DNA from: Gammaproteobacteria bacterium
GTDB lineage: Bacteria > Pseudomonadota > Gammaproteobacteria > Ga0077536
Length of the DNA: 64,000 bases
Assembly (NCBI GenBank): GCA_963662545.2
Contig: CAXXLL010000003.1
Location: 512,001-576,000, forward strand
Reading direction: 5' to 3'
In this document: one piece after another, positions 37,377 through 50,292 of the stretch
Numbering within the stretch: position 1 is the first letter of the stretch
Layout of the letters: every line of letters begins with the position of its first letter
Notes under the pieces: generated by a model
Told to the model about the DNA's origin: nothing
Database searches by the model: none
The model's input: the letters and a program-made list of their open reading frames with translations, nothing else
Position numbers and translations under genes: made by a program

Positions 37377-38897
37377 CTAGGGCAGCTTGGATTGGGATAT
37401 CTGGACCACGAGTTGATCGACGCTGGCGCCCATCATATCGAACAGGGGCGCGGGTAAAATACCGAAAAACAGTACGACAACGGCGAGCGACGCCATGATG
37501 AACTTTTCACGTGCGTCGATATCCGTCAGATTTGCAACGGCCGTGTTCGCGACCGCACCATAGATCACGCGCTTATACATCCACAATGTATAGGCCGCTC
37601 CGAGTATCAGAGTCATGCCGGCCAGGATCGCGTACCAGACGTTCGCCTTGAACGCCGTCAAGATGACCAGGAACTCGCCGACGAAACCCGAGGTCCCGGG
37701 CAGTCCCGAGTTGGCCATGGCGAACAACATCATGTAAGCCGCGAAAATCGGCATGGTGTTCACGACCCCGCCGTAGTCTTTGATCTGGCGGCTGTGAATG
37801 CGGTCGTACATGACCCCGACACAGAGGAACAGCGCGGCCGAGATGAATCCGTGTGAAATCATCTGGATCATGCCGCCTTCGATGCCCATTGCGCTCTGCT
37901 GCCAATCGTTGGTGGCACTCGCCACTTGAAACACGACGAAGAATCCAAGCGTGACGAATCCCATGTGCGAAATCGACGAATAGGCGATCAGCTTTTTCAT
38001 ATCCTGCTGCACCAGCGCCACGAAGCCGATGTAGACGATCGCGATCAGCGACAGCGCGATCATGAGCCAGTCCAGGGACGCCGAGCCATCCGGCACGATC
38101 GGCAGGCTGAATCTCAGGAAACCGTAGCCACCCATTTTTAACATGACCGCCGCAAGAATGACCGAGCCCCCCGTCGGGGCCTCGACGTGCGCGTCGGGCA
38201 GCCAAGTGTGCACCGGCCACATCGGAATTTTGACGGCGAAGGCAAGGAGGAAAGCGATGAATATCCACTGCTGCTCCACCAACGTAAACGCTACATCGTG
38301 CATGGTCGCGATGGCGAAGCTGCCGCCCTCTAAATAAATGTAGAGCAGCGCAACCAGCATGAAAACCGAGCCCATGAAAGTATAAAGAAAGAATTTGATC
38401 GTCGCGTAGACACGCTCAGGCCCACCCCAGATCCCGATGATCAGGAACATCGGTACAAGCATCGCTTCCCAGAAGACATAGAACAGGATTGCGTCGAGTG
38501 CGCAGAATACGCCGATCATGAATCCTTCGAGTATCAGAAACGCGCCCATGTACATACTCAGGCGGTCCTTGATCACGACCCATCCAGCGAGGATGACCAG
38601 CACCGTCGTAAAGGTCGTCAACAGGATCAGCGGTAGTGCAATGCCGTCGATGCCGATGGAATACTCAATTCCAAACGCTGCGATCCACGGCATTCGCTGG
38701 ACGTACTGCATTTCGGCGGTCGAATTGTCGAATCCGTACCACAGCAGCAGTGACAGAAGAAACGCCGCGACGGCAATCAGCAGGGCATTGTTTCGAACCG
38801 CAGCATCGTGCACCCGACTGCCGGCAACGATGACCCAGAGCCCGCCCACTATCGGCAGCCAGATCGTGATGCTCAGGATCGGAAAATCAGCGAACAT
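37377..38897 (-). CDS. nuoM: NADH-quinone oxidoreductase subunit M
   Basis: HTWLPDAHVEAPT, KKLIAYSS, LPGTSGFVGEF. Confidence 0.96.
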   Translation of the reverse strand: MFADFPILSITIWLPIVGGLWVIVAGSRVHDAAVRNNALLIAVAAFLLSLLLWYGFDNSTAEMQYVQRMPWIAAFGIEYSIGIDGIALPLILLTTFTTVLVILAGWVVIKDRLSMYMGAFLILEGFMIGVFCALDAILFYVFWEAMLVPMFLIIGIWGGPERVYATIKFFLYTFMGSVFMLVALLYIYLEGGSFAIATMHDVAFTLVEQQWIFIAFLLAFAVKIPMWPVHTWLPDAHVEAPTGGSVILAAVMLKMGGYGFLRFSLPIVPDGSASLDWLMIALSLIAIVYIGFVALVQQDMKKLIAYSSISHMGFVTLGFFVVFQVASATNDWQQSAMGIEGGMIQMISHGFISAALFLCVGVMYDRIHSRQIKDYGGVVNTMPIFAAYMMLFAMANSGLPGTSGFVGEFLVILTAFKANVWYAILAGMTLILGAAYTLWMYKRVIYGAVANTAVANLTDIDAREKFIMASLAVVVLFFGILPAPLFDMMGASVDQLVVQISQSKLP

Positions 38898-38969
38898 GCG
38901 AGACCATTTCCCGGCTCGAACAGGTTCTTCTCAAAACGGATGCGCTCGCCATCTTTCCCACTGTACGAA

Positions 38970-40931
38970 CTACACCGCTATTCGATGGACGAATAATCCG
39001 AGCAGCACGAGCAATCCGATGATCATCGCGAACGCGTAGTGGTACAGGTATCCGGACTGCAGAAGGCGAATAACGCCCGCCCACCATCTGACCGTCCGCG
39101 CCGAGCCGTTGACCATCAGTCCGTCGATCAAGGCGACGTCACCGGCGCGCCACAACACCCGTCCCGTACCCCTTGCACCACCGGCGAAAAACCAGTCATT
39201 GAAGCGGTCGAAGCCGTACTTCTCGGTCAGAACCGTGTACACCAGCGACGTCGAGGCGGCGATACGCTGCGGGATGTCCGGCCGCTTGACGTAGCAATAC
39301 CAGGCGACGAATAAGCCGGAGAAGGCGAGATAGATTGCCGGCTGAAGAAAGGCGTGCGTCAAGAACCCGAAAGCACCGTGGTAACTGTCCGCCATGTGCC
39401 CCAGCACGTCGTGCTCATAATGGACGATGATGCTTGCGCCGAAATATTCGCCAAACAGCATCGGTCCGACCGCTACCATGCCGGCAAGCATGGACGGTAC
39501 GGCCAGCGCAATAAGCGGCACCCAGACGACGGCCGGCGATTCATGCAGGTGCTCCTTAACATGGGGGTCGATACGCTCCTCGCCGTGAAACACGAGGAAT
39601 ATGAGGCGAAACGAATACAACGCCGTCACGAACACCCCGCTCAAGACTGCCATGTGAGCCAGTCCCGCCCCGGGAATGGTCGAATGCGCGACGGCCTCGA
39701 TGATGGCGTCTTTCGAGAAGAATCCCGCGAACCCCGGAAAACCGATCAGCGCGAGAGAACCGATGAGAATAGTCCAGTAGGTGATCGGCATGTAGCGCTT
39801 GAGCCCGCCCATCTTCCGCATGTCCTGCTCGTGATGAAGCGCGATGATGACGGAGCCCGCGGCCAGGAAGAGCAGCGCCTTGAAAAAGGCATGCGTGAAC
39901 AAGTGAAAAATCGCTGCGGCATAGGCCGAGGCACCCAGCGCGACCGTCATGTATCCAAGTTGAGACAATGTCGAGTACGCGATAACGCGCTTGATGTCAT
40001 GTTGCACCAGTCCGAGCAACCCCATGAAAAATGCCGTAATGGCACCGATCACAAGGACGAATGAGAGCGCGGTCGTCGACAACTCGAAGAGGGGTGACAT
40101 GCGGGCGACCATGTAGATCCCCGCGGTCACCATCGTCGCGGCGTGAATGAGTGCCGAGATCGGCGTCGGGCCTTCCATCGAGTCCGGCAGCCACACATGC
40201 AGCGGTACCTGCGCCGATTTGCCCATGGCGCCGATGAAAAGCAGAATGCAGATCACGGTCATTAGCGACCATTCGTAGCCTGGAACGATAACGATCCGGG
40301 TGTGCTCGTATCGCGTGGCCGCGCCGAACACCTCGACATAATCGAGTGACCCGAAATACATCAGTACGGCGGCGATGCCCAGGAGAAAACCCAGATCGCC
40401 GACGCGATTGACCAGAAACGCCTTCAGGTTGGCGTAGATCGCGGTATCACGCGTATACCAGAATCCGATCAGCAGGTATGACACCATTCCGACCGCTTCC
40501 CATCCGAAAAAGAGCTGCAGGAAATTGTTCGCCATGACCAACATCAGCATGCTGAAAGTGAACAGCGCGATGTAGGCAAAGAACCGTTGATACCCGGGGT
40601 CGTCGCGCATGTAGCCGATCGTATAGATGTGTACCATCCACGAAACGAAAGTCACCACCACCATCATCGTGGCGCTGAGCTCATCGATTAAGAAGCCGAT
40701 TTTGAAATCAATGCCGCCACTCTCCAGCCAGCTGTAGACGTTCGCGTTATACGGAGCGTCGCCCGCGATAACGATCTGCCAGAACGGAACGAGCGACAGG
40801 AAAAAAGAGAGCGCGACCGCGCCGTTGGTTACCCAGTGCGCACCGGACCGCCCTATTTGCCTGCCGAAAAGGCCGGCGATGACGGCACCGGCAAGCGGTG
40901 CAAGAACGATTGCGAGGCAAAGGGTGCCCAT
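38970..40931 (-). CDS. nuoL: NADH-quinone oxidoreductase subunit L
   Basis: GKSAQ.PLHVWLPDSMEGPTP, HAFFKALLFL. Confidence 0.96.
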   Translation of the reverse strand: MGTLCLAIVLAPLAGAVIAGLFGRQIGRSGAHWVTNGAVALSFFLSLVPFWQIVIAGDAPYNANVYSWLESGGIDFKIGFLIDELSATMMVVVTFVSWMVHIYTIGYMRDDPGYQRFFAYIALFTFSMLMLVMANNFLQLFFGWEAVGMVSYLLIGFWYTRDTAIYANLKAFLVNRVGDLGFLLGIAAVLMYFGSLDYVEVFGAATRYEHTRIVIVPGYEWSLMTVICILLFIGAMGKSAQVPLHVWLPDSMEGPTPISALIHAATMVTAGIYMVARMSPLFELSTTALSFVLVIGAITAFFMGLLGLVQHDIKRVIAYSTLSQLGYMTVALGASAYAAAIFHLFTHAFFKALLFLAAGSVIIALHHEQDMRKMGGLKRYMPITYWTILIGSLALIGFPGFAGFFSKDAIIEAVAHSTIPGAGLAHMAVLSGVFVTALYSFRLIFLVFHGEERIDPHVKEHLHESPAVVWVPLIALAVPSMLAGMVAVGPMLFGEYFGASIIVHYEHDVLGHMADSYHGAFGFLTHAFLQPAIYLAFSGLFVAWYCYVKRPDIPQRIAASTSLVYTVLTEKYGFDRFNDWFFAGGARGTGRVLWRAGDVALIDGLMVNGSARTVRWWAGVIRLLQSGYLYHYAFAMIIGLLVLLGLFVHRIAV

Positions 40932-40982
40932 GCCCTCAGCCCGAATTTCTTGCTATCGATGGTCGTCGCGTTCGCATCAGCA

Positions 40983-41288
40983 TCAACCTTTCATGCCGTC
41001 GAGATCCTCGACATTGATCGAGTGATGGTTGCGAAAAAGCACGACCAGAATGGCCAGGCCGATGGCGGCTTCTGCTGCGGCCACGGTCAGGATGAAGAAG
41101 ACGAAGACCTGGCCGGTAATGTCGCCGTTGAAATGGGAAAACGCGACGAAATTCATGTTGACCGACAGAAGCATCAATTCGATGCACATGAGCAGCACAA
41201 TTACGTTTTTCCGATTGATGAAGATCCCGGCGACGCTCAAGGAAAACAGGACCGCTCCAACGATGAGGAAATCTGATAGTGCGAGCAT
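40983..41288 (-). CDS. nuoK: NADH-quinone oxidoreductase subunit K
   Basis: [19 protein letters not shown]. Confidence 0.96.
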   Translation of the reverse strand: MLALSDFLIVGAVLFSLSVAGIFINRKNVIVLLMCIELMLLSVNMNFVAFSHFNGDITGQVFVFFILTVAAAEAAIGLAILVVLFRNHHSINVEDLDGMKG

Positions 41289-41303
41289 CTCAGCTAGACC
41301 GGT

Positions 41304-41906
41304 TCATTCTCTCGGCTCCGATTCGACGTTCACCAGGCGTATGCGATCTTCGCGGCGCACAGCAACCTGGCGTGCGGGTTTGGGGGTCTTGGTCTGGCGC
41401 GGCTCACGCAAAGTCAAAGCGATCGCGGCGACAATGGCTACCAGTAGAATGACCGCCGCGATCTCAAAGGGCCAGATGAAGTCGGTGAACAGTGCGAGGC
41501 CCAACTCTTGGGTATTGTTGTAATCTGCTGCGTGGGTCGCCGCCGGTGGGATCTGGTCGAGCCCGAAACGCTCGCGGCTGACGATCTTCGCGATGGCATA
41601 CATCATGAGGACCGCGACCAGGGCGGCAACCGGGAAATAGCGTGCAAAGCCCGCCCGCAGTTCCGCAATGTTGACGTCCAACATCATGATTACGAATAAA
41701 AACAAAACCATGACCGCGCCGACGTAGACCAGCACTAAGGCAATGGCGAGGAATTCCGCTTCCAATAAAAGCCAAAGCCCCGCGCTCGAAAAAAACGCCA
41801 GTATCAAAAATAAAGCCGCGTGCACCAAGTTTCGCACTGTGATGACCATGGCGCCGGCGAAAATCAAGAGCCCCGCGAATAAATAAAATACGATTTGCTC
41901 GATCAT
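41304..41906 (-). CDS. nuoJ: NADH-quinone oxidoreductase subunit J
   Basis: AEFLA, VYVGAVMVLFLFVIMML, PFE. Confidence 0.95.
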   Translation of the reverse strand: MIEQIVFYLFAGLLIFAGAMVITVRNLVHAALFLILAFFSSAGLWLLLEAEFLAIALVLVYVGAVMVLFLFVIMMLDVNIAELRAGFARYFPVAALVAVLMMYAIAKIVSRERFGLDQIPPAATHAADYNNTQELGLALFTDFIWPFEIAAVILLVAIVAAIALTLREPRQTKTPKPARQVAVRREDRIRLVNVESEPRE

Positions 41907-42071
41907 TGAAGCGGTCGAAACGACAAAGCGAAAAGCAGCGCACAATGCTTGGCGCGCCGTTTAAGCCTCACGCGCACCAAAGGACATCCCCCTCGAAATT
42001 CCCATCGCGCCGCTACGCGCTAGTCGTGTTATGCAATCCCCCTGTGTCTGCTTTTCCCTTTCTATTTACTG

Positions 42072-42560
42072 CTAGCGATATCGGGATTCCGCGGCCCTGT
42101 CGGCTGCAATCTGCTCTTCAAAGCGGTCCGCATTGGCAATCAGTTGTTCCTTGGTGATCAACAAATCGCCGCGTTGTTCGCCGTGATATTCGAAATGCCG
42201 CGTCTCCACGATAGCGTCGACCGGGCAGGACTCCTCGCAGAATCCACAGAATATGCACTTGGCAAGATCGATGTCGTAGCGGGTCGTGCGCCGCGTGCCG
42301 TCTTCACGTTGCTCGGACTCAATGGTGATTGCAACAGCGGGACAGACCGCTTCGCAGAGTTGACAGGCGATACACCGCTCCTCCCCGTTCGGATATCGGC
42401 GCAGGGCGTGCAGTCCCCGGAAACGCGGCGATTGTGGCGTTTGCTCTTCCGGATACTGCACCGTGATCTTGCGGTCGATGAGGTAAGCGCCGGTCAGGCG
42501 CAATCCCTTGACCAACTCCCAGAGAGTCAAACTCTTCAAATAGTTGACGACCGCGCTCAT
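42072..42560 (-). CDS. nuoI: NADH-quinone oxidoreductase subunit I
   Basis: [27 protein letters not shown]. Confidence 0.96.
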   Translation of the reverse strand: MSAVVNYLKSLTLWELVKGLRLTGAYLIDRKITVQYPEEQTPQSPRFRGLHALRRYPNGEERCIACQLCEAVCPAVAITIESEQREDGTRRTTRYDIDLAKCIFCGFCEESCPVDAIVETRHFEYHGEQRGDLLITKEQLIANADRFEEQIAADRAAESRYR

Positions 42561-42570
42561 CAATTCGACC

Positions 42571-43620
42571 TCATGCCCCGTTGAACCACGGTGGTACCCG
42601 CCACACGACCATGACCGCAACCACAACTATCCAGACCATGGTGATCGGGAGAAAAATCTTCCAGCCCAAGCGCATGATCTGGTCATAGCGGTAGCGCGGA
42701 AAGGTCGCACGAAACCACAAGAATAGGAACAGAAAGATGCTGGTTTTCGCAAAAAACCAGAGGATGCTGTCCGGGACGCCCGGGATGGGCGACAACCAAC
42801 CACCGAGAAACAGGACGGCGGCCAGGCCCGATATCAAGATCATATTGGCGTATTCCGCCAGAAAGAATAGCGCGAATGCCATGCCGGCGTATTCAACGTG
42901 GAAACCCGCGACGATTTCCGATTCGCCTTCACTTACGTCGAAAGGCGCGCGGTTGGTTTCCGCCACGCCCGAAATGAAATAGATGAAAAAAAGCGGCAGC
43001 AACGGCACCCAAAACCAGTTTAAGACGCTGAAATCGCCGCGCTGCGCCTCGACGATCTCGCCCAAGTTAAGGCTGCCCGCGGCGACCAGTACCCCGACCA
43101 GGGCAAAGCCCATTGGAATTTCGTAAGACACGATTTGTGCAGCGGAACGCATTGCGCCGAGAAACGCGTATTTCGAATTTGATGCCCAGCCGGCAATGAT
43201 GATGCCGTAGACGCCAAGCGAGGTGAGCGCCAGTATGTAAAGTAATCCTGCATTGATGTCCGCGAGAACCATTTCAGCGCCGAACGGGATGACCGCCCAC
43301 GCCGCCAGCGCAGGGGCCAGAGCTAGAATCGGGGCCGCCAGGAAAAGAAACCGATTCGCGCCGCTGGGAATGACGACTTCCTTGAACATCAGCTTGAGTG
43401 AATCCGCGATCGGTTGGAGTAAACCGCGCGGCCCGACCCTGTTTGGCCCGATACGGACCTGCATGAAGCCAATGACCTTGCGCTCGGCAAGCGTCAGATA
43501 CGCCACCACACCCATAAGCGGTAAAACGATAGCGAGGATCTTGAGCACGATGATCGTAGTCGTGACAGCCGGGTCTGGCAGCCAGGTGAGTTGTGACTCG
43601 ATCATTGCGACGATATTCAT
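42571..43620 (-). CDS. nuoH: NADH-quinone oxidoreductase subunit H
   Basis: [27 protein letters not shown]. Confidence 0.96.
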   Translation of the reverse strand: MNIVAMIESQLTWLPDPAVTTTIIVLKILAIVLPLMGVVAYLTLAERKVIGFMQVRIGPNRVGPRGLLQPIADSLKLMFKEVVIPSGANRFLFLAAPILALAPALAAWAVIPFGAEMVLADINAGLLYILALTSLGVYGIIIAGWASNSKYAFLGAMRSAAQIVSYEIPMGFALVGVLVAAGSLNLGEIVEAQRGDFSVLNWFWVPLLPLFFIYFISGVAETNRAPFDVSEGESEIVAGFHVEYAGMAFALFFLAEYANMILISGLAAVLFLGGWLSPIPGVPDSILWFFAKTSIFLFLFLWFRATFPRYRYDQIMRLGWKIFLPITMVWIVVVAVMVVWRVPPWFNGA

Positions 43621-46016
43621 TCCGCCGCGGCCTCTCCTGCGAAAGTGAGTTCAACGGCTGCGCCGTTGACCGCCACTCGCGCCGTCGCGGACCGCGCGCC
43701 GTGAATCAAACAGGCGCCTTTCGGGACGCCTTCGTCGATACCGATTTCGGCGATGAGCTGCGCGCCGTTGACGCTGACCTTGGCGCGGCTACCGTCCGTA
43801 AGATCGAGTAAGGCGGCCGTCGCTGCCGAAATCCGTACCCGGTCATCGCCGCTTTGCGGCATTTCCTGCAGTGCAGGCGCATGGCGTAGCAGCGGATCGC
43901 TTGAATACAGCGGAATCTCGACGATGAGTTCGAGCCGCCGGTCGTCAATAATCCGCGTTTCGGCGTCGAGCGACGCTACCCTTTGCATAGACGGCCTGGC
44001 GTCGCCAACCAAGGACTCGATCTCGCGGGTGATTTCTTCACAAGTCACCGCGTCGAATCCCGCGAGGCCCAGTTCATTGCCGAGCACACGGAGAATTTTC
44101 CACGCCGGTCGCGTGGCTGCGCGCGGCTTGACCGCCGCGGCGAAACGCTGCCAGTCGCCCATTGCGTTGACAAAGGAACCCTCGTTCTCACCGTAGATTG
44201 CCATCGGCAGAACGACATCCGCTGTCTTGGCGATGGCATCGTTTTCATAAGCGCTGATCGCGACCACAAATTCCGCCGTTTCGAGCGCGGCAAGAGCGCC
44301 GCCGGTATCTGCACAATCCAGATCCGGTTCAACGCCTAGCAGTACGTAAGCACGCCTGGGATTTTCGATCATTTCACGCATGTTACGCCCCGGTGCATCG
44401 AGCAACCTGCCGCCCGGCCCGCGGTGGGGAACGGCACCGGCCAACCACGCGCCGGCCGCGTTAGCACCTTCGACCAGATAACCAACCGAGGCGCCCGTCA
44501 CTCTGGCAAGCGCGGATGCGATCTGGCATAAAGCCCCACGCTCCGGGTGGGCGTGGACCGTTGCACCGACGAGCACGACGGCGTGCTCCGCGCTGCTGAG
44601 TTTTTCCGCCATTGACGAAGTCGAATCACCGTCCACGGCCAGTTCATCGACCAGCTTGTCGAGCGGCGCGTCGATCTCGGTTTTTCCATATTTCGCGACG
44701 GCGGCGGCTAGCGCCGCGGCCACCCCGGCGAGCCTCGAGGGTTTGACGATTTCCCGTAAATAAAGATCGAAATTGAATGCTCGCCCGCAGGTATCGATCT
44801 GCATTATCGCGGCCCCGGTCAGCGCAGCTTTGCGCAGGCGCAGGTTGATTAAAGGTTGCTCGTGGCGCGGAAAAGATCCTAATAGGAGCACCGCATCGGC
44901 GTTTTCGAGCGCGCTGATGGATTCCAGCCCCGGGTATCGAGGCTCCGTATTCTGGTCCGAAAAATCAATCTGGCGCAGCCTGTGATCGACATTGTGCGAA
45001 CCCAATCCGCGCATCAGGCGCTGCAACAGGAATAATTCCTCGGTAGTCGATGACGGCGACGCCAGCGCCGCAAGCTGCTGGCCATCCTCGCCGGCGATCC
45101 GACCGAGATTATCCGCTACTAACTTCAAGGCCGTACCCCAGTCGCAATCGGTCCAGCGGCCTTCGCGCTTCACGCGCGGCGAATTCAGACGCTCCGGATG
45201 GTTCATCCCCTCGTAACTGTAGCGATCGCAATCGGATAACCACGTCTGGTTGATCGCGGCATGCTCGCGCGGAATGACGCGTTTGACGATCTGATCTTTA
45301 ATATGAAAATGGATGTTGGAGCCCAGGCAGTCATGCGGGGCAATGCCGTCGTGCTGTTTCAGTTCCCACGCGCGAGCCGAATAACGGTAGGGTTTACTGG
45401 TCAGGGCACCTACCGGACACAGGTCGATGACGTTACCCGACAACTCCGAAGTCATGGCCTTTTCTATATACGTCCCGATCTCCATGTGTTCGCTGCGCCC
45501 CGTTGCGCCCAACTCGCGCAATCCCGCTATTTCTTCCCCGAAGCGCACGCATCGCGTGCAATGGATGCAACGCGTCATGTCCGTCTGCACCAGGGGCCCG
45601 ATGTTCTTGTCGCGTACGACGCGCTTTCGCTCGGAATAACGGGAAACGTCGCCGCCGTATCCCATGGCGAGGTCCTGCAGCTCGCACTCACCGCCCTGGT
45701 CGCAGATCGGGCAGTCCAGCGGATGATTAATAAGCAGGAACTCCATGGTCGAATGCTGGGCGTCAACCGCGATTTTCGAACGCGTAAACACCTTCATGCC
45801 CTCCATGACCGGTGCGGCGCATGCCGGCAGCGGTTTGGGCGCGCGCTCGACCTCGACCAGGCACATGCGGCAGTTGGCCGCGATACTCAGGTGCTTGTGA
45901 TAGCAGAAGCGCGGAATGTATATCCCGGCTTCGTCCGTCGCTTCGATCAGCATCGCGCCTTTGCGCGCTTCGATTTCGCGTCCGTCAACCTCGATTTTGA
46001 TGCGCTCTTCACTCAT
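43617..46016 (-). CDS. nuoG: NADH-quinone oxidoreductase subunit G
   Basis: [32 protein letters not shown]. Confidence 0.96.
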   Translation of the reverse strand: MSEERIKIEVDGREIEARKGAMLIEATDEAGIYIPRFCYHKHLSIAANCRMCLVEVERAPKPLPACAAPVMEGMKVFTRSKIAVDAQHSTMEFLLINHPLDCPICDQGGECELQDLAMGYGGDVSRYSERKRVVRDKNIGPLVQTDMTRCIHCTRCVRFGEEIAGLRELGATGRSEHMEIGTYIEKAMTSELSGNVIDLCPVGALTSKPYRYSARAWELKQHDGIAPHDCLGSNIHFHIKDQIVKRVIPREHAAINQTWLSDCDRYSYEGMNHPERLNSPRVKREGRWTDCDWGTALKLVADNLGRIAGEDGQQLAALASPSSTTEELFLLQRLMRGLGSHNVDHRLRQIDFSDQNTEPRYPGLESISALENADAVLLLGSFPRHEQPLINLRLRKAALTGAAIMQIDTCGRAFNFDLYLREIVKPSRLAGVAAALAAAVAKYGKTEIDAPLDKLVDELAVDGDSTSSMAEKLSSAEHAVVLVGATVHAHPERGALCQIASALARVTGASVGYLVEGANAAGAWLAGAVPHRGPGGRLLDAPGRNMREMIENPRRAYVLLGVEPDLDCADTGGALAALETAEFVVAISAYENDAIAKTADVVLPMAIYGENEGSFVNAMGDWQRFAAAVKPRAATRPAWKILRVLGNELGLAGFDAVTCEEITREIESLVGDARPSMQRVASLDAETRIIDDRRLELIVEIPLYSSDPLLRHAPALQEMPQSGDDRVRISAATAALLDLTDGSRAKVSVNGAQLIAEIGIDEGVPKGACLIHGARSATARVAVNGAAVELTFAGEAAAE

Positions 46017-46021
46017 GTCGA

Positions 46022-47326
46022 TCAGGCGGCCGCCGAATGGCCGCCGGCCTCCAGAATACTGCGACCATGCTCGATGTAGTGCTCGAATTCATGGGAAAAG
46101 TGTTTGATGAAACTCTGCACCGGCCAGGCCGCTGCGTCGCCAAGCGCGCAGATCGTACGGCCTTCGATCTTGCCAGCCACATCAACCAGCTTGTCCAAAT
46201 CTTCGAGACGGCCGTCGCCTTCGATAATGCGGGTAATCATGCGGTAAATCCAACCCGTGCCTTCGCGACATGGCGTACACTGGCCGCAGGATTCCGCGTA
46301 GTAAAAGCGCGATATGCGCTGCAAGACCTTGACCATGTCGGTGGTTTCGTCCATGACGACGACGGCGCCGGAACCCAAGAGCGATCCGGCCGCCGCAATC
46401 GAGTCGTAATCCATGTCGACCTCCATCATGATCTTGCCGGGTAGTACGGGCACCGAAGAACCGCCGGGAATAACGGCCTTGAGTTCGCGGCCGTCCAGGA
46501 CACCCCCGGCCAGGTCGAGGAGCTCGCGGAACGGCGTGCTCATCGGTACTTCGAAGTTGCCCGGATTGTTGACGTGACCATTGACGGAAAATATTTTCGT
46601 TCCGCCATTATTCGGTTTACCCAAATCGGCAAACCACTGAGGCCCGTTGCGCAATATCGTCGGCACCGAAGCCAAGGTTTCCGTATTGTTAATCGTCGTG
46701 GGCTGACCATAGAGGCCGTAGCCGGCGGGAAATGGGGGTTTGAACCGCGGCATCCCCTTCTTGCCTTCGAGCGATTCGAGCAGGGCCGTTTCTTCGCCAC
46801 AGATGTAGGCGCCGGCACCCAGATGATTGTGGAGGTCGAAATCGATGCCCGAGCCCATGATGTTGCGGCCCAGATAACCGGCGTCGACGGCTTCGATCAA
46901 CGCATTCTCGATGCGCGTGGCGGGTTCGTCCATGAATTCGCCGCGCACGTAATTGTAACCCACGGTCGCGCCAATCGCGTACCCCGCAATCGCCATGCCT
47001 TCGATTAGCGAATGCGGGTTGAACCGCAGAATGTCCCGATCCTTGCACGTTCCCGGCTCGCTCTCGTCGGAGTTGCACACGATGTACTTCTGCATGTCAC
47101 CCTTGGGCATGAAACTCCACTTTACGCCGGCTGGGAATCCGGCACCGCCCCGTCCGCGCAGCCCGGACGCCTTGATGTCTTCGATGATCTCGTCAGGCGG
47201 TGTCCGTTCTTTGACGATCTTCTCCCAAGCTGTGTAGCCGCCGATGGCGCGATAGTTCTCGAGCGTCCACGGCTCGTCGAATTTGAGCGTCGCGAAACAC
47301 GTCAAGTCGAGTTCGACGTTACTCAT
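46022..47326 (-). CDS. nuoF: NADH-quinone oxidoreductase subunit F
   Basis: [33 protein letters not shown]. Confidence 0.97.
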   Translation of the reverse strand: MSNVELDLTCFATLKFDEPWTLENYRAIGGYTAWEKIVKERTPPDEIIEDIKASGLRGRGGAGFPAGVKWSFMPKGDMQKYIVCNSDESEPGTCKDRDILRFNPHSLIEGMAIAGYAIGATVGYNYVRGEFMDEPATRIENALIEAVDAGYLGRNIMGSGIDFDLHNHLGAGAYICGEETALLESLEGKKGMPRFKPPFPAGYGLYGQPTTINNTETLASVPTILRNGPQWFADLGKPNNGGTKIFSVNGHVNNPGNFEVPMSTPFRELLDLAGGVLDGRELKAVIPGGSSVPVLPGKIMMEVDMDYDSIAAAGSLLGSGAVVVMDETTDMVKVLQRISRFYYAESCGQCTPCREGTGWIYRMITRIIEGDGRLEDLDKLVDVAGKIEGRTICALGDAAAWPVQSFIKHFSHEFEHYIEHGRSILEAGGHSAAA

Positions 47327-47820
47327 TCCAATTTATCCAGGATTTTGTCGACCCGTTCGCCGGTCAGGTTCTCGTAATAAACATGATCGACCATCATCAT
47401 GGGCGCGCCGCAACAGGCGGCCAGACACTCTTCTTCTTTCTTCAGGAAGAATTTGCCGTCACTCGTCGACTCTCCGATCTCAATCCCAAGCTTGCGCTCG
47501 ATATAGCTGATGATCTCGTCCCCACCGCGCAGCATGCATGACAAATTATTGCAGACCGAAATACTGTGGCGGCCGACCGGCTCCGTTTCGAGCATGGAGT
47601 AAAAACTTGCAACCTCGTAGACGGCGATGCGCGGCATTTCCAGGTAGTCCGCGACGGCGTCCATCAACGCTTCGGTGAGATAACCCCCGTTCTCATGCTG
47701 AACCTCCGTCAGCGCCGTAAGTACCGCGGACTGTTTCTGTTCCGGCGGATATTTCACGACCGCTCGGTCGATCGCCGCGCGCGAATGTTCCGATAGCGTA
47801 TGAAAAGTTTGTTCGCCCAT
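47323..47820 (-). CDS. nuoE: NADH-quinone oxidoreductase subunit E
   Basis: VASFY, CNNLSC, ECLAAC. Confidence 0.95.
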   Translation of the reverse strand: MGEQTFHTLSEHSRAAIDRAVVKYPPEQKQSAVLTALTEVQHENGGYLTEALMDAVADYLEMPRIAVYEVASFYSMLETEPVGRHSISVCNNLSCMLRGGDEIISYIERKLGIEIGESTSDGKFFLKKEEECLAACCGAPMMMVDHVYYENLTGERVDKILDKLE

Positions 47821-47831
47821 CGATATTTACC

Positions 47832-49085
47832 CTAGCGGTCGATCTCGCCGAAGACGAGATCCATCGTCCCGATGACCGCCACGACATCGGCCAGCATATG
47901 TCCTTCCACCATCTCGTTCATGGCCGACAGATGGGCGAAGCCTGCCGCGCGGGCTTTGAGCCGGTAGGGTTTGTTGGCGCCATCGGAAACCAGGTAAATG
48001 CCGAATTCGCCCTTGGGGTGTTCGATCGCGGCATACACTTCGCCTTCGGGCACGCAATAACCTTCGGTAAACAGTTTGAAGTGATGAATCAGCGATTCCA
48101 TGTCGCCTTTCATGTCGCCGCGCAGCGGCGGCGTTAATTTGTGGTCTTCCAGAATTACCGGGCCCGGATACTCACGCAGCCACGCTACGCATTGCTTGAT
48201 CAAGTGCGCCGATTGCCGCATCTCCTCGATTCGGACCAGATATCGATCGTAGCAGTCGCCGTTCGTACCGACCGGTATTTCGAACTCGAGCCGGTCGTAG
48301 ACTTCGTAGGGTTGTTTCTTTCGCAGGTCCCAGGCTAATCCTGAACCCCGCAGCATCGGCCCCGTAAATCCAAGCGCGAGCGCACGCTCGGCCGTGACAA
48401 TTCCAATGTCGACCGTACGTTGCTTCCAGATGCGGTTGTCCGTCAGCAGCGTTTCGTATTCGTCCACGCATCCCGGAAAGCGATCGGCAAAATCGTCGAT
48501 GAAATCAAGCAAAGACCCCTGCCTGTTTTCGTTCATCTTCTGGACGTCTTTCTCGCTGTGCCATTTCGATGCTTGATATTTCGGCATGACCTCGGGCAGA
48601 TCACGGTAGACGCCGCCCGGTCGATAATACGTCGCGTGCATACGCGTACCGGACACGGCTTCATAGCAGTCCATGAGATCCTCGCGCTCGCGAAAACAAT
48701 AGAGAAACATGGTCATGGCACCGATATCGAGAGCATGGGTGCCGAGCCACAACAGGTGGTTCAAAATGCGCGTAATCTCGTCGAACATCACGCGGATGTA
48801 TTGCGCGCGTAGCGGCGGGGCGATTCCCAGCAATTTCTCGATAGCCAGGACGTAGGCGTGCTCGTTGCACATCATGGACACGTAGTCCAAGCGATCCATG
48901 TAGCCGATGCTCTGATTAAAGGGCTTGTCTTCCGCCAGTTTTTCAGTCGCGCGGTGCAACAGGCCGACATGCGGATCGGCGCGTTCGATGGTTTCGCCAT
49001 CCATCTCGAGTACGAGACGCAGGACGCCGTGCGCGGCCGGATGCTGCGGTCCGAAATTGAGCGTCAGGTTTCGAATCTCAGGCAT
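47832..49085 (-). CDS. nuoD: NADH-quinone oxidoreductase subunit D
   Basis: [24 protein letters not shown]. Confidence 0.97.
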   Translation of the reverse strand: MPEIRNLTLNFGPQHPAAHGVLRLVLEMDGETIERADPHVGLLHRATEKLAEDKPFNQSIGYMDRLDYVSMMCNEHAYVLAIEKLLGIAPPLRAQYIRVMFDEITRILNHLLWLGTHALDIGAMTMFLYCFREREDLMDCYEAVSGTRMHATYYRPGGVYRDLPEVMPKYQASKWHSEKDVQKMNENRQGSLLDFIDDFADRFPGCVDEYETLLTDNRIWKQRTVDIGIVTAERALALGFTGPMLRGSGLAWDLRKKQPYEVYDRLEFEIPVGTNGDCYDRYLVRIEEMRQSAHLIKQCVAWLREYPGPVILEDHKLTPPLRGDMKGDMESLIHHFKLFTEGYCVPEGEVYAAIEHPKGEFGIYLVSDGANKPYRLKARAAGFAHLSAMNEMVEGHMLADVVAVIGTMDLVFGEIDR

Positions 49086-49782
49086 CGCCGCCTTCGTCGC
49101 CAACCGGTTTGGATGAATGCAGCCAGGTTTCCTCGCGAATGACCCGCGGTACGAGCGTGCGCGGTTCGATACTGACCGGTTGATTTACGACCCGTTTTTT
49201 TTCCGGGTCGTAACGGACTTCAACGTACCCCTCGAGTGGAAAATCCTTGCGGAAGGGATGGCCAATGAAACCGTAATCCGTGAGGATGCGGCGTAGATCG
49301 GGATGCCCATCGAACAACACCCCGAACAGATCGAAAGCTTCGCGCTCGTACCAGTTCGCCGAGGGCCAGACTTCCACCACCGAATCGATCTTCGGCGGTT
49401 CACCGTCGAGATAAACCTTCACTCGCACGCGGTGGTTGTGCTCGACGGAAAGCAATTGATAAGCGATACCGTAGCGCTTTCGCTCGTCGATATCGGAACG
49501 CAACGTCGAGCCGGAACTCACGCCACGGCTGAACCCTGCGGTCGTGGCATTCTGGGTCTGCCAGTCAGCCTCGCCGTAAGTAAGGTAATCGACGGCACTC
49601 AAGTCGCTCAACTGCGTAAAGCTGAGACGCGGATCGTCCTTGCATAGTCGAGCTACCTCGACGATCCGGTCCGGGTCCACTTCGACCGTAATCTCGCCAC
49701 GTTCTATCCGGCGGTCGCGAACGGCGTCACCCAGCACGTCGTCCAGGACCACGGCCAGGGCTTCGAGTTTGTGTGAAGACAT
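49078..49782 (-). CDS. nuoC: NADH-quinone oxidoreductase subunit C
   Basis: [33 protein letters not shown]. Confidence 0.96.
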   Translation of the reverse strand: MSSHKLEALAVVLDDVLGDAVRDRRIERGEITVEVDPDRIVEVARLCKDDPRLSFTQLSDLSAVDYLTYGEADWQTQNATTAGFSRGVSSGSTLRSDIDERKRYGIAYQLLSVEHNHRVRVKVYLDGEPPKIDSVVEVWPSANWYEREAFDLFGVLFDGHPDLRRILTDYGFIGHPFRKDFPLEGYVEVRYDPEKKRVVNQPVSIEPRTLVPRVIREETWLHSSKPVGDEGGDA

Positions 49783-49812
49783 TGGGGCGGGTACGGTCGG
49801 GCGGGTATCGGA

Positions 49813-50292
49813 TCAGGTCCGGCTGATGGTGTTGGTTCGCTTGATCTTTTTTTGCAGCTGGATTATGCCGAACAGCAAGGCTTCGGCAGTGGGCGGGCAT
49901 CCCGGCACGTAGATATCGACCGGAACGATGCGATCGCAACCACGGACCACCGAATAAGAGTAATGGTAATAACCGCCGCCGTTCGCGCACGAACCCATGG
50001 AGATCACCCACTTGGGCTCGGTCATCTGGTCGTAGACCTTGCGCAGCGCAGGCGCCATTTTATTCACCAGCGTACCCGCGACGATCATGACGTCGGACTG
50101 GCGCGGGCTCCCTCGGAACACGATGCCAAAGCGGTCCAGATCGTAGCGCGAAGCTCCGGCGTGCATCATTTCGACTGCGCAGCATGCCAGACCAAAGGTC
50201 ATGGGCCACATCGAGCCCGTGCGGGCCCAGTTTACGACCGCGTCCACGGTCGTCGTGACGAACCCCTTGTCCTGGATTTCGCTCATTCCCAT
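49813..50292 (-). CDS. nuoB: NADH-quinone oxidoreductase subunit B
   Basis: [24 protein letters not shown]. Start is 50292 or 50286. Confidence 0.96.
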   Translation of the reverse strand: MGMSEIQDKGFVTTTVDAVVNWARTGSMWPMTFGLACCAVEMMHAGASRYDLDRFGIVFRGSPRQSDVMIVAGTLVNKMAPALRKVYDQMTEPKWVISMGSCANGGGYYHYSYSVVRGCDRIVPVDIYVPGCPPTAEALLFGIIQLQKKIKRTNTISRT

